Below, piece after piece: positions 41,552 to 55,295 of a stretch of DNA of 64,000 bases. Origin of the DNA: Spizellomyces punctatus DAOM BR117 (Eukaryota); NCBI GenBank assembly GCA_000182565.2, contig KQ257452.1; one strand, given 5' to 3'. The notes below the pieces were generated by a model. It was not told the DNA's origin. It saw only the letters and a program-made list of their open reading frames with translations, and searched no databases. The translations under genes and the position numbers were made by a program. Every line of letters starts with the position of its first letter. Positions within the stretch are counted from its first letter, which is position 1.

Positions 41552-43024
41552 TCATCCTATTGTAGACTGATAGCCCTCTATCAACGCCTCTATCGTAATA
41601 GTCAAATCCCTCTCTCCAGTATTCCAATTCGCAATAGATGCCCTAATAGCCGGCTCGCCTCTCCACACCGTTGGTGTTACAAACACCTTGCTAGTCTTGT
41701 TAATGGCGGCAAGGACGCAGTGCGCTTGCTCCGAGTCACAGTCATTTGCTCGGAATAGGATGGTATTCAAGCGGACAGGTTCCAGCAAACTGTACTGGCT
41801 GCTTGCTTCAATCCAGTTTCCTAGTCGCTGTGCAAAGAGGCACGTACGCTCAACCAACTGCTGGAATCCCTCCCTCCCATACGCCTGTAAAGACATCCAC
41901 AGAGGGAGTGCTCGAAAGCGGCGTGAATTCTCTATCCCGCGATTAATCGGAGCAAATCCAGTGGATATTCCCAAATACGAGGCCGACGCCCCAAACGCCG
42001 CTTCATGAACGGTAGAATGTCGAGTGAAAAAGATACCACAATCATAGGGGACATTGAGCCATTTGTGCGCGTCCCCAGTGATGCTGTCCGCCAACTCCAG
42101 GCCGCTCAGAAGGTGCCCATACCGGTCAGAGACCCGGGCAAGAAGGTTTGCAGCTCCATCGACATGAAGCCATGCACCATGCTTTCGGCAAACAGATGCT
42201 ACGCTTATCAAATCATCACAGTCGCTTGTGTTCACCTCACCAGCTTGCGCGATGACAATGCAGCCTGCAGCATTTTCATCCTGCTTTGCTGCCGACAGCA
42301 GCCGGTCCAAATCCTTTGGGCACATTCGAGCTGGTCGTCCTTCATCACACTGCACATGTTGCACTTTACGGCCAAGCCCAAGGATGCCCATAGCCTTGGA
42401 TATACTTTGATGCGCCATAGTTCCAAATACCAAGATTCTCCCTTTCAGAGCTTGGATCCCATCGTTGGCTACATCAACACCTTGATAATGCTCACCAATC
42501 CATTGCCTCGCGCAAGCCAATGCTACTGTATTGGATGCGGTTCCACCAGTAGTGAGCACACCGTCGAACTCGGACGGCAATCGCAGTAAATCCGCCAGCA
42601 TCTGCAAACAAACAGGAATATGTCAACACACTCCTTCTCCATATTCCCTATGCGACTATGATGAAGTCACCTTCATAACGGCCGCTTCAACATCGGCACT
42701 GCAGGAGCCGGCTGCTGCTGCTGCCGTCATGACATTTTGATCATATGCGGTTGCTAACACATCTCCAATAAATGCAGCGGGAGTCACACCGCCAGTTATA
42801 AAGCCGAAGTATCGAGGCCCACTACTGGAACTCAATCCAGGGGCAATCGTTTGTTTGAACAAGTCGAAAGTATCCGCGACTCCAAGGCCCTGGCGTGGGA
42901 GTGTCGAGGGGATCGACGTCAAAGGGGCCAAGGGAATGGTGGGAGCATCACCGTTCTGACGTTGTACCTGAAGGACATGGTCAGTTACCCGTGGTAGTAT
43001 TGCCCCGAGATCGTTTGAATTCAT
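41552..43024 (-). CDS. Group II PLP-dependent amino-acid decarboxylase; 1 intron
   Basis: GPRYFGFITGG, AYDQN, TTGGTASN, AGEVNT, WLHVDGA, SITGDAHKWLNVPYDCG (PLP lysine), ENSRRFRALP. Confidence 0.92.
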
Positions 43025-43405
43025 CTTGAAGCTCTTGAGCAAGGCGCTTGAACCCAGCTGGATGAGTCACCGCTGCTGGAGCTTACGAAATCAAGTTCCA
43101 GCCACAGCGACTGTGGCAGTTTTCGGGCTTGTTTGAATTTCAGAACGATGCAAGTCAATGTTTGTAATGTGATCAATGTTCAGTTACAGAAGGGGATACA
43201 CTCCCATGACGATGCTCCCATCACTATTTGATATGTACTGTCATGGCGCCGTTCATCGAAAAGTATAAATGGTTCTGCTCCCCCCATCACCTCTACATCG
43301 CCACTCTAATAGATAATGGCTATGTGCAAAGTAAGCATCCTGAATACCCGCCAGGCTCCAATCCAGTATGTCATCCTCGTGTTCAAGCAGTTTCGCCGAC
43401 TGCAA

Positions 43406-45351
43406 TCAATATGGTACGCCCTAACAAAGATTAAGACGTCTCAGCTCTTGTCGTTGGGAAGATAATGTCGGATGTGCAAATTTTACCTTGGCATCCAATT
43501 CCTTCCTAACCAGCTCAAACACTTTGAGCATCTTGCGACGTGCACCAAGCGCGGATACACCCTTTTCAATCAATGCTTCCTCGTCGAGCTTGATCATATC
43601 TTTCCACTGCATGTGCTCAAATGTCGGCGTATACTTGTGGAGCCGAAGACTTCTCAGCCAGCTGGGAATATCTGGTAGTCGCCCAACAGGATTAAGCAAT
43701 AAATTCTATACGAGCATGCATCACCAGGAGCCTACCATTGAGCGCTTCTAAATCCACGGACTCTGGAATTTTGCCCTTTTCTTTATGCGGTCCAGGACGT
43801 AACCGATCATGGTACCCTTCTTGATCCTCTCGGAGACCATCATGACTATGAGTATCACTGTAGTCTGAATGGGCATACGCAGAGGGAGTCGATGATCGCA
43901 CATCGACGTAACCCCAACCAGGAGAAGGATGGCCAGCATGTGGTGCATGAACGCCCGCCGGAGTGGGTGGGCTGAGGATGATAGGAGAAACTGGCCGAGG
44001 TGACACCGGACGGGCGTAGGGTGATCGAGGAGGTTGGAGAGATAAACCAGCCATACTTGGGGCAAGGTCATCATGTGGCAAACCGAGGTGTGGGGTAAAA
44101 GTGCCATTACCAAGTGCCCCGCTGGGAGGTCTTTCCACTACTGGCACAGTCGATTTCTGTCCAGTTGCCGGATTCAGGGACCAATCCGCAGACGCAATGG
44201 CGTCATCCACCGGGGTGTTCGGTCTCAAGAGTGGAGACATTTGGGCGCTGTTGCGTGCAGACCCTGGTTGTGATCCCGCCTGACGCAGCGACTGATAAGA
44301 GTTGCGCTGGTAGGCGTAATCTTCTGGATACTCTACTCCATGGGCGACACCTTCTCTTGAGTGAAGATCTCCCAGTAACTGGGCATACTGTTCATCGGCA
44401 TTTGGTGCACTGTGGCGATCGTAGAGTCTCCGTGTGCTTCGTGGGCCATTGCCGGCCAAAGGAATGACTGACAAGTATCTGTCGTCCTCTGCATCCAGCT
44501 CCGTCGGGAGGGTGACGCCTATGGCGGCGGCAGCTGCAACGGCGGCAGCAGCAACAGCGGTACCGGGTGCAGGTGAAGCGACTCTAGGCGGCATGGAGGC
44601 AACTAGCAGCGGAGCAGTAGCTGTTACATTAAACTGTAAAAGTCTAATTACAAGAGATGCATACAAACCTTTTTTAGGAGCCAAACGAGTTGCTTCTGGA
44701 GGTACAGGCGGCTTTCCGCTCGGGTCTGGCGGCGCCGCTCCACTTGCAGGATCTTTTTGTGCCATTTGCTGTAGTACGGTAATGAAAAACCGGATTTGCA
44801 CCTGTGTTGCATGTTGCAATAGACTGTAGAGGGCGGTAGTCCGCTCTGGATCGGACAATACATTGAACCACTGCTCAATGTGCTTGAGCTCCTCACGAAA
44901 GTTATCATCGAGCTAAGCACCGGAATGTCGGAAGAGATAAGTAACATTTACAAAGCTAAGCATTGAGATGCTGCTGCAATTACCTTGGCGCGGGCCATTT
45001 GCTCCAGCGTACGCTCATAGTAGCTCAGGTCTTCGAACCATCGGTCAATTGCTGTAACATTTGTACTTGTAAGAAATTGCTTGGAACATTTCTCAAACCC
45101 ATATCTGGTGGCGTAAACATGCACATTTGCTCAAATGAAGTCGGAGATGTCCACGTACCCTCTGCCTCTGGTGATTTATAATGAGAGTTGAGCACTTCTG
45201 AACTCGGTCTCTGAGCATTGCCCTTTTGCAGTGTCCCGATATTTGCCGAGACCGGCCTTGCCATGCCAGGATGAAAGTCCGACATTGGTCTCTCTGCGGC
45301 GCTTGAGCGTTGAGCTTGTTGAACGTCACTAAGTGCAGGCGCCGCTGACAT
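43406..45351 (-). CDS. VTS1: Vts1/Smaug SAM-domain RNA-binding protein
   Basis: [39 protein letters not shown] and SAM domain [15 protein letters not shown]...[16 protein letters not shown]. Confidence 0.92.
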
Positions 45352-45511
45352 TGCCCTTTCTGCTGGCAGTTGCAATACTTGCTTAAAAGGAATGGAAGAA
45401 AAGGAAATCGAGTGCCAGCTCGTCCAATCTCCCAAACCCAGTTTCCACCCGAGGAATAATGACAAGCCGCAACAGTCACACGTTAACAATTTCATTACAC
45501 TGTTGCAGGAA

Positions 45512-45524
45512 TTGCCATGGCAAC
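45512..45524. promoter_or_regulatory. RFX/Crt1 X-box TTGCCATGGCAAC in the VTS1/ATRIP divergent promoter
   Basis: Exact match to the strong yeast Crt1 X-box T(C/T)GCCATGGCAAC, about 160 bp from both start codons. Confidence 0.55.
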
Positions 45525-45689
45525 AGCAAATGACATGCACCGCCACCGCCTTAGTTCGCCCGTGGGTGTTGACATGCACTAATGATTAGATTCAACATGC
45601 TGCTTCAACAACGAAGCAATGAAAGCTTTTGTAACACTGCTGCCAGCACAGTATTGAAGGGAAATGTGCTAGGTGCTTGATACATGAAG

Positions 45690-48654
45690 ATGAACAAACC
45701 AAACTATTTGGACGATTTCCAATATGGCGCTGACGACGACGACGACGAATACGATGTGGGCGATCTGGACATTGAGACACTCAAAGCCCTAGAACAGCAA
45801 GAGTTACAGTACTTGTCTCAGCTGGAGAATTCAATCAATTCTCCTTTGGGACCAGTAAGTACTCGTCACGCATGCAGTTGTTGTCACTGCAGTTCACGTC
45901 AATAAGGGATGTCAAATAGCAAAAACACCCAAGCTTTTCCGAAGTACACCCCATCAATCCTGCTGCTCAAGATGTGAACGCATTCGAAAATCGGAACCAA
46001 AGCCCCCTAGTACCAGGCAATCCCTTTGCTAAGGGGCCTTTTGATGGGCCCAAATCGGATGCTTTATCAATCAGTGAACTTCAGACCACGCTGCAAAAGG
46101 TATAAACAGCCCGGGGAATTTCGTTTCGGGAAAAGTTATTCATATGTGTTCTCGAATAAGCTCAAAGAAGAAAAAGAAATACTACAGATGGAAAAGGAGA
46201 CATTGGTTCATGATAAGCTGATCAGAGAGGGGGAAATTTCTATAGTTCGAAAGAGTTTGGCAAAGGTAGGGACTAATATATCCTGTCATTGGCCAAGAAG
46301 AAACATGTTTCATTGATATGTTTGTGGGAATAGGCAGATATTGATGCGAGGAACCTGAGGAGTGCATTGGCTGATCAGGCAGCCCGCGCTGAGCAAGAAA
46401 AGGAGGCAATGAAAAATCAATACCAAAAAGACATAGAAAGACTCAATACCGAGATGCTGTTTCTGGTTCGTAGGACCTCGCGTTCTTTAGTATCAACAAT
46501 TAAGAGTATCATGCTAAAGCGGTATATGGGCTTTAGCAACAAGAAATACGAGGAATGCAAACTCCCAAACGCGGACCAACTGTAGCCTTGTCACCCGCTC
46601 CCGTGATTGACGATCACAATGGTACACCAGCACTGTCTGCAAGAACTAATTCTATTTACGCTCAAGCCAATCTTTTGATGGTGGTAGTATCAGGGACGGT
46701 GGCAAGTTCACCCTCTCAAGTAAAAGTAGAACCTGAATTGGCCGCTCTGGACAGCCAACACGTGGATGAGAAAACAGTCCCAGCACTTATCGATCAAGAT
46801 TTACCGAAGCCGACTGAACGATATCGTCTCCGCATCGCGGAACCACCCGGCGCAATGGTACATGTGGAATGTCTATCTTTCTTGGGATCCAGACTGATAT
46901 AAGCTTCCATAGTTTTTGAGGCGCCTTCTAGTTGAAGATATCTTTACTGACGATGGCACCACAGTATGGACGCCGACTGGGTCCCTATCGGAAATGGCGG
47001 CATTCTTGCCATCTTACGTATCCAATCAGTGCTTTCGCGGAGGTTAGTGCTCCCTATGTATCAACATGGATTGCAGGGCTGGTGATTGATGGCCATTTCC
47101 AGATATGATAGCAACAGATGCAGACAAATCTTGTGCAACTTTTGTCTCTACTCTCACTAAAGATATCAGCCGCCTCGTAGTGGACCCATCAATCAGTCTG
47201 AATACGCTCCTGCCCTGCGTTGATCAGTTTATCGAAATGTGCATGCGACAAGGATTGGTAGGAGACCGCGTCTTTTTACGCATACAAGCATCATTTAACG
47301 CGGCGTTTCTCAACAGTTTATACCTCTCCCATTTCTTACACGCATGTGGGGTTTGCTGATTATGTACAGCAGGGAATGCCGCGAGCTTGTGTTGAAGATG
47401 GACCAGGATCGTGAGTTTAAAGAGTTCCAGCAAGGTCGGACAAGTGGAACGTCTTCTAAGCGATGTTGCATCTCACCTTAGAACCAAAAACTCCGATCTT
47501 GGAACATCTTCAACGCCTGGTTGACATGATTGCTTCCAATTTTCAGCGACCTCCTCAGAAGCAATGGGGCGACTCCATTATACCTGCGGCGCGACATCTC
47601 TTTACCGCAATGACCGCACTTGCCGGCACGACCGAGCAAGCTGAACTGCACCGGTGAGGCTGACGAGTTGGATGTTGCACCGTATTTCACGTTAACAAAC
47701 TTCACTTCTTATCCTCAGACTGACGAAAGTAATATCCCCCGCGGCTCTCCTTTATCTACTGGACCACCGACAGCCCCAGGAGATATGTTTCCATGCTGTG
47801 GAGTTTTGTGTCAGTCTACTAGCAGGTACAAACGAGCAGCGTAAAACAAACTTTCTTACCAGCTAAAGGCGATCAAACCATGCAGATCAAACCTTCGTCG
47901 ACAGAATCTTGGACCAGTCTCTTAAAGCAGAGGGCCGAAGAACAATATTGGAGCGATTTTGTACCATTCTCACCGATAAACATACCCAGACCTCTGCTGC
48001 ACCTGATCAAAAGCTGCAATTATCAGATACCAAATTTCCTCGATGGCGCCTAAAGGTCTCAATCATCAGACTTTTCTGCACCCTTGCGGCAAAGTATCCA
48101 AAGAGCCTGCCCTCCCTATGTACACCCATGGTAGGAAATCTTGCTTCTTGGCAATATTGATGCTGCCGAATGACTCTGACCGAATAGAATAGATAATGAA
48201 TCGTTTGATTGGTTACCTTCAAAATGAAGCCCAAGTCTTATACTCTACCGGCCATCAATTGCAAGATACCCGGTAGGTGTAGACTAGGTCTGCCTGTCAA
48301 AGAAGATTGTTGTATTACTAACTATTCTGACTCTAGGACACTTTTTTTCAAGGACTTACTGAAACTCCTTCATACCCTTTTATCCCACCCACACACGGTC
48401 GCAATTGATCCCAAAGCCAGTGAAGGCGCACAGCATATTCTCGTAGCGACATTGGCAGACTTGTTGATAACGGCTCAAGATCGAATAGATATGCAGGACG
48501 TTGCCGGCAAGTACAAGTCTCACCAACCGCGTTTCGTGATGGGAACGCTAATTGCATCGGTTCAATTGCAGACCTTACCAAAGAAATCATGCATTGTTTG
48601 ATTCTGGATCCAGATGCAGCCATGGCAGAGCTTCTGCCGCCAGGTATCGAATAG
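45690..48654 (+). CDS. ATRIP: ATRIP/Rad26/Ddc2-like checkpoint protein; many introns
   Basis: Acidic N-terminus (DDEYDVGDLDIETLKALEQ); coiled coil REGEISIVRKSL...IERLNTEMLFLQQE resembling ATRIP GEIKILRDSL...LQSELQFK; helical C-terminus. Confidence 0.65.
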
Positions 48655-48808
48655 TTTCCCGCAATAGATTCCAGATAATCGGACGCTACAAATAGCCCGA
48701 TGCATACATTATTTTTATATATATATTTTTTGGAATACCGCTATTTACAATGTTATCTAGTCATGCGTTTGAAGTGTCTTTGAATGTCTTCCAAAGTATC
48801 GTATATGT

Positions 48809-51800
48809 TCACAACCCTCCTTCCGTTCCCATCTGTTTAGCCATCCTTCTGGTGACAATGGTGCGTTCCACAGCAGGTGTCGCACGTGTCTTTCTCGTGG
48901 ACCGCGTGGAGGGGACGCTACCAAGCTCGACCCCGAGCGTCTTCCTGCGAGAGGCAGTTACGCTCTTTGTAGTGGACGTGGTTGACAAGGGTGTTGAAAG
49001 CTCATCGAGGGTCATTGGGTCATCTTGCGGGCCGGGGGTGGCTGGAACAGCCGTCTTCCTGGCCGGAGTTTTTGCTGCGGTAGCGCGCTTCCGTGTGGTG
49101 GATGGGGCTGGTGCGTTCCGCTCTCCAAGTGGCGCTGAACGTCGAGGTTCGTTATGGGTGGTAGCCGGTCGTGAGGAAGTAACAGTCTTCTTTCGTGTAC
49201 TGGGTTTGGTGATTTCGATATTCTCCGTATCTTCGTGCAAAAGCAGTGGGCGTGCGCGTGCGGGAGTTTTTCCCATTGTACGCGACGACACACCTTTGGG
49301 CTTGTTGGGGACGGGCGTCTCTAGTCGTACACCCAACTGGGATGGAACGGGCGTCTCATTCCTCTCTGCTTGTTTTGCGGCCAATCGTCCACTCTTTCTG
49401 ATTGGAGTCGGCTCCACAAAGTCCAGGAATCTGCGCTGCCGTGATCGCTCTGCTTTCACTGAGAAGGATACAAAGGTCAACGCAAAGGACTACACTGTGG
49501 TCCCAGAAAAAAAGTAAACTTACGTTCAGCGTTCTTCACGTTCTTATCCATGTCGGTAACAACTTTCTTGTCTTCCCTTGGCGAGAAATGCGACATGGAT
49601 CGCAACGGTGGTCCTCTGTTGACGAGCGGTCCAACGGGGGATGTGTGACATTCAACGTGCTCCACTTGCATTCCATCGTCTTGTGCTTTATCGGGGTAAG
49701 TGTTACCCGAAGAGATTGGTGTCGCGACATTGTTCAGCTCAAACGTTTTACCATCACGGTAGGGCGTTACCACCATTGACGGCTCAGAGTCCGAATCAGA
49801 TTCGGAGCTCGAATCTGTGAGCCCAAAGCCGACCCGGCGAATCTTTGGTTGAGCAGTGACATCCATGCCACCCTCTAGGGTTTCCGCGAAACTGGCGCGA
49901 CCAATTTCGGTCGACTTTCTTAGAGACATTTCTTCTTCTTCCTCCTGCGCCACTGGAGAACCCCTGGATACAGAGTTAGCAAATCGTTGCACCTCGTAAA
50001 CGCTCAGTTGGTATTACCTGCGCTTTTCGAAACGTTGCGTTGGTGATGGGGTCGATATGGCAGAGACAGAGACGTTCGCGCTGCCAGTGTGCTGTGGCGA
50101 ATCCACCATTGCAATATCATCCTCCTCATCGCGCACTGATATGGGCGAGGGTAGCGAGAGTTCCTTGATATCCATGAAATCAAAATCGGACATCTGGTTC
50201 TCCAGAACCGCTTCGGCAGGAGTTGTCTGAGCTGCCCTAATATCTGTCGGAAGGGCGGTTCGCAGTGCTCTCAACAAGATCTTTTGCGCGTCTGCGGCGG
50301 TCTTTGCAACACTGCGGACACATTTTTGGGCAGATAATGGAATGGATTCACCACCATTCTCGATTGATTTAACCGCTGTTTGCGCTAAATAAATAATGAG
50401 CGAAGAGCTTTCTTATAGCGAAGACAACTGACTTACGTTCCCTCGCCAGCTCCAACCGAATCTTGTTTAGAGGCGTCAGCATCGTTTGCAAGTTAGCTAG
50501 CATGAGATTGATGCGATATTCATTGAAGTGACAGCCGTCTGGTGGGTCGTCCTTGCCCGAATTTCTCACGCTGGCGTCACTGGCTAAATCCTCCAATAAT
50601 AAGATTGCTTCAACGTGTCGAGCTCGGGCGATATAGTATTTGATCAACGTCTCGCGACATGCTCGAGTTGGAAATTTTGCACAGTAACTGGCTAGTAACG
50701 ACTCTTCATATTGATTTATAGGAAGCTGAAGAAATTCAGATGCCAGGGGCTTTGCAATGGTTCCTGTAATAGAGATTAAATTACCACTGGGTGGTGACGT
50801 TCTGCCATACGAAGGTCCTACTCTTACCATTTTGGAAACAATAATGAAGAAGCTGATGCCACAAAACATCGCCGATGTGGTGATTCTGGTATCGTCTCTG
50901 TTGAAAGAAATCGTGAGACGAAGTCTAAGTTGGGCCACTCGCGGGTCGTCCCTTACCTGATATCTGAACGCTTCGAGCAAATTGGTTGCCAAGAGTACAC
51001 TCATATGAAGGCGAATAGCTGAGTCTGTCGTGAAGTCAGGCTTTACAGCTTGAATGAATGCCCGGGCGTCCCATGGCATGCCATGCATTATTAGAGCTTT
51101 GATGATCTTTTCGGGGAACTCGGGCTTGACGCCAGGCCATCCAAGACATTGAACACCTTCCTGATATCCAATCAGCTGTTAGAATTCTAAAATCTCACCC
51201 ATCGCATAAAAGCTTCTTACCTGAAGCAATCCATGATCCATATCCCAAAATCCACATATTCTTTTATATGGAGATTGACTGACAAATCGGGAGTTTGAAA
51301 ACTCAAGGTCCTTGCCATTTTTCCAGTCTTTGATCAAGTACATAATCTAACGAGGGATTGCATTTAATTCTGAGCCATTAGTACCTACAAATGACTCAAA
51401 CAAACCAGGCAGTTCTTCTTTGTTGATGTAGTATCTGCGGTCATGATGGCATCATACAAATCTCGCAGTTGTTGCGCATCCTTTGGAGGATACAATTCCT
51501 TTCCTATTCGTCGATTGCAAGATGAGCGATCATGCGCCTCCAGTTGAACATATTACCTTATCTCTCCTACCTATTATGCCAACGGTCGCAAGAAGAAGGT
51601 CAAAGAATAGCTCATTGTCTAATCTTTCTCTCATCTTCAAAATCCGTTCCCTGTCTTTGGGCTGATATGGAAACCATCCGGTGGACGACTGGAAGTATTG
51701 TTCCCAATCACTGGATTTCCTTGTGCAACTACTCCCGACTGGGGGTGCTAATGCCCTACAAGTTGCAACCTTATCTAAATACAGGATACGGCAATCCGCA

Positions 51801-53526
51801 GCGTCCGGGGAGGGGCAGATGTCCTAGAAAAACGACGTGAGACAATTCTCTTAAGACAACTTCTTTCAAATAAGATGGGTAATGTACCATCACTTGGTCG
51901 GCATCGGAAGCAGGAAGTTTGACTCGCGCGAAGTCATGTTTTTCTCTGCTATCGGCATCCACCGTGATTGCCTGCACCTCGCTGAGCACGTCCTCTCCGC
52001 GATATGTGACGGTGGCAGCAAAAACGCGGTGCGCATTGCCGACTGAAGCTTCTTTTAGCAACATAAGCAATCATCCGGAAACACTCTTGCTGTCACGTAC
52101 CGCGAGCAAACTTCAGAGCCACTAACAAGCCCGGCTTTCCATTGGTCAGCGAGCACTGCAATAGTGTGTCCAATTTTGCAAACCGTTCATCCAAATAAAG
52201 AGCGGTCATCGATGGCGACGGCAGTAACCTGCGCAATATTAAACATTAGTCCCGTGCAAAGTGCGTTTCGGCTAGTTCCTTTTCCGCCGCGGTACTAGTG
52301 CCCCTTACATTGTATCCTCTTGTGTCGCCGGCGTGTCAGACTGTCCAAAGAGTAGTACGCCATACTTTCTAAAAGTGCCTTCTGGGCCATCGAATCTCAA
52401 ATGCGTTACCGGAACTGCAATAGAAAGTCTCAGTCAAGACTCCTCAACGTGCGCACAACCGATTACTGTAGAAAGTACCATTTTTTTGTGAGCCCCTGAA
52501 CTTTGCAAACATTTCAAGTTCATCGTCAGATTCCTCTGAGATTCGCCACAGCTCTATCGTGCTCCGTTCTCTTCCAACGAATATTATTGGGGAGGTGGCA
52601 TTTGGTGGGACATACGTGGTCATGGCGGTGATCTTCTCCGCGAAATATTAGTGCTCATGTCCATTATGTAATGAATGCAATCCTGGCGCATGCTCACCTT
52701 CCCGGATGCACCTGAAAGGTCACCCTGAAAGCGCGTGTACGTGAATACTAACTAGAGTAAATGTGGCCAACTTTGCACCGACCTTATACGAATCCCAACA
52801 GCCCTTTTTGATCGCCTCATCAAGCTCCAACAGGTGAATACTTCTTTCTGTTCCGACAGCTAAATATTGCGGTGCTCGGGTGCTGGACGTCGCGAGCATG
52901 TTCTCGGACTGAAGGGACGATTAACACAAGAATGATCATCTCCATACCTAGATCGTGCTTTTCCAGCCTACCTGACATACTGTAGATATGGCCAAAGATG
53001 TTACCATCTCTTTCTGAAGATCCAAATCGAGCGGGGAAACTCCATCCACTGGGCTGAATAACCATAGCCGTGATGATCTACTTTTCGCATCGCATGTCGA
53101 CAACACCACCTGATTCGACCCCAGAATACAGCCGCCAATTGCCGCTGTTATAACAGGCTACAGTAAACATTGCAATGAGCCAAACTCATCCTACCCTAGT
53201 AGCGGCGGCGCTACAGAACTTACTTGGTCCTTTACGGTGTCTTTCAACATGTGTGCGTGCAACCTCATTCCAGCAACGCCTAGAGTGACATAGGCACGGA
53301 CTTCGAGTGTACATTGATTATAGCGAAAGAACCAATAGCCTGGCTCAGTGGTCCAGCGACAGCCGTCTTTGTCACTGGTTGTCGAGGGAACGGGTCGCGG
53401 GAAGAAGGTCGGAAACTGAGCATGTGTGAAAGGTGCATCCAGATCGCCCCCCGATGCTCGAGCCGGTACTATATGCTCTATGTGCAGCGGGGATGCTTGT
53501 GTTGAGCTATCGCAATGCCCTTGCAT
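48809..53526 (-). CDS. ELYS: ELYS-like nucleoporin (putative N-terminal beta-propeller, ELYS helical domain, long basic S/T/R-rich tail)
   Basis: LFFDLLLAT...YPPKDAQQLRDLY...KKNCLIMYLIKDW...GFWDMDH...WPGVKPEFPEKIIKAL. Exon 1 (ATG 53526) has a GTAAGT donor and continues into beta-strand-rich exons. Confidence 0.78.
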
Positions 53527-53708
53527 AATGTGATGAAAAGCAAAGGAATGGAGTGGGATGAAAGCTCCCAGATGCACCTTTGTCAGCTGCGAGAACGAAA
53601 GCGTGAAATCTGAAGAGCTAAGCAAAAAGCAGACACGTTGCCTTCGGACGAACGCGCTGGTTGGTTAATGAATCCACATTGGAACCATTCATTGGCTGGT
53701 TAATAAGT

Positions 53709-54720
53709 TTATTCCTTGACGGACATGCGCAACATGGTCGTCGTAGAGAAGGTAAAGACTACTACAGCCAGTAGGATCAAGAATATTAGACGTCGCATGC
53801 TAAGGCGCCTATCACTGCAAAAAAAGGTTGTGGAATGTCAACATTTGTGCCCAATGTGGGATGATATGTACAACATGTAGATACGCACCATAACCGCGCC
53901 AGAGACGATCGCCAGCCGCCAGCTGCATTGTGTCGTCCGTACTTGTCTGCATCCGCATCCCTAATGTCACGATAAGAAGTTTTTCTGCTTGGTTGTTTGA
54001 TAGTATTTAAGGGGATACTATTTGTGTGATTGGATTTGCCAGAGACGGGGGTACGAGGGGAAGGGAGATGCGCGCGATCCAGAGAACTGTCACCAATTGT
54101 GATTGAGAGGGTAGGGTTGGATGGAGTAGGTATCTGAATAGATGCTAGAATGTCAGTGACATAGCGCACCTTTGTAATCAGACGCATTTGTTTACCACAT
54201 GCTCCTGTTGTGCCGTTTGACCCCATCCATCCTCAAATGTCTTTATAAAGTGCTCGGCAACGAGGGACCATTTCGTGTCATTAGGACGACTTGATGCCTA
54301 GTAAAAGAATCTTTATTAAACAACACTCTTTGGTACCTGCTTTCTTTCAAAACGATCCTCGACAACTCACACCGCAACTTGGACACTGTCCAGCCCCTTG
54401 ACCACTACTCTTCCTCAAGCAATCGACATGAAACACGTCCAGGCAGGGCAAGCGTACCACAGATCCCTCTTCCAATCCTTGTTTACAGATATCACAGTTG
54501 GTGCTAAAGTCACTGTTTTGCAGCCATGTTAAATAAGGACGGACTACACATCTCGGGTGTTCCGTCAGCATGCACTTTTCGCACACATTCTTTCGGTGTG
54601 GAAAACAAACTGCGAATTGGTCAGCGCCACTGTCAGCATATATATCCAAGAGAAGGAAAGCCAAGATATTCGGGTCAACTCACACAGATTTGTTACGTTC
54701 CTGCACTTGCACAATCCCAT
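53709..54720 (-). CDS. ZFPL1: Zinc finger protein-like 1 (Golgi zinc-finger/RING, C-terminal TM anchor)
   Basis: MGLCKCRNVTNL, CFPHRKNVCEKC...HPRCVVRPYLTWLQNSDF..NCDIC...RLPCLDVFHVDC...CPSC, C-terminal LIFLILLAVVVF. Confidence 0.9.
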
Positions 54721-55295
54721 CCTGGCCCCACCATTCAGTGACAAACTACCTCCGAGCGAGTGAGCGACCGACGCCCGCGTTCACAGTCACATGACTAGAT
54801 ATCTTGAAGTTTCAAAGTTTTTTACACAAAACCCGTTGGGATTTTGGATAACGCCGACATATGGCATGTCGCCAAGACATGGGAATACATGTATGGATAT
54901 CTAGTCAACGAACATTGCAAACTTGGCTCTGCAGGAGACGTTTCGTGTTCAAGTTGGCTTGATTTGATACATAAAACAAGATCGTCCAGCCATGGACTGC
55001 ACCTCTCAATCTAAAGAGTAGAGCCTGAGGTTGCGTGAATATTGACGACAAACAAAGAGATGGAAACTGAAAACTGCCCATCGTTGAGTGAAATGTCGTC
55101 GTCAAAGAGTAGATATCGCGCGTGACTCAGCGTGGAGTTCGGACACTAGTGTCATCAGATCCACCACGGTATTTCGCACCTTTTGGCCTCCAACGGTCAG
55201 TGCATGTCAAGATGGTGGCCATTCTAGGTACCTCAAAATGCGGACGAGGGGGTAAACAACGAGAATGGCATGTTATATGTCAGAGCATCCATGTT

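Noticed and set aside
29029-43024. GPCR plus decarboxylase as a biogenic-amine signalling pair
   Set aside because: 11 kb apart with unrelated genes between, and the receptor lacks Asp3.32.
44603-44668. Stop-free 66-nt in-frame intron in VTS1 (possible retention)
   Set aside because: Common by chance for short introns; no evidence without transcripts.
53191-53625. Apparent standalone 144-aa ORF
   Set aside because: Better explained as exon 1 of ELYS (GTAAGT donor, in-frame downstream exon).
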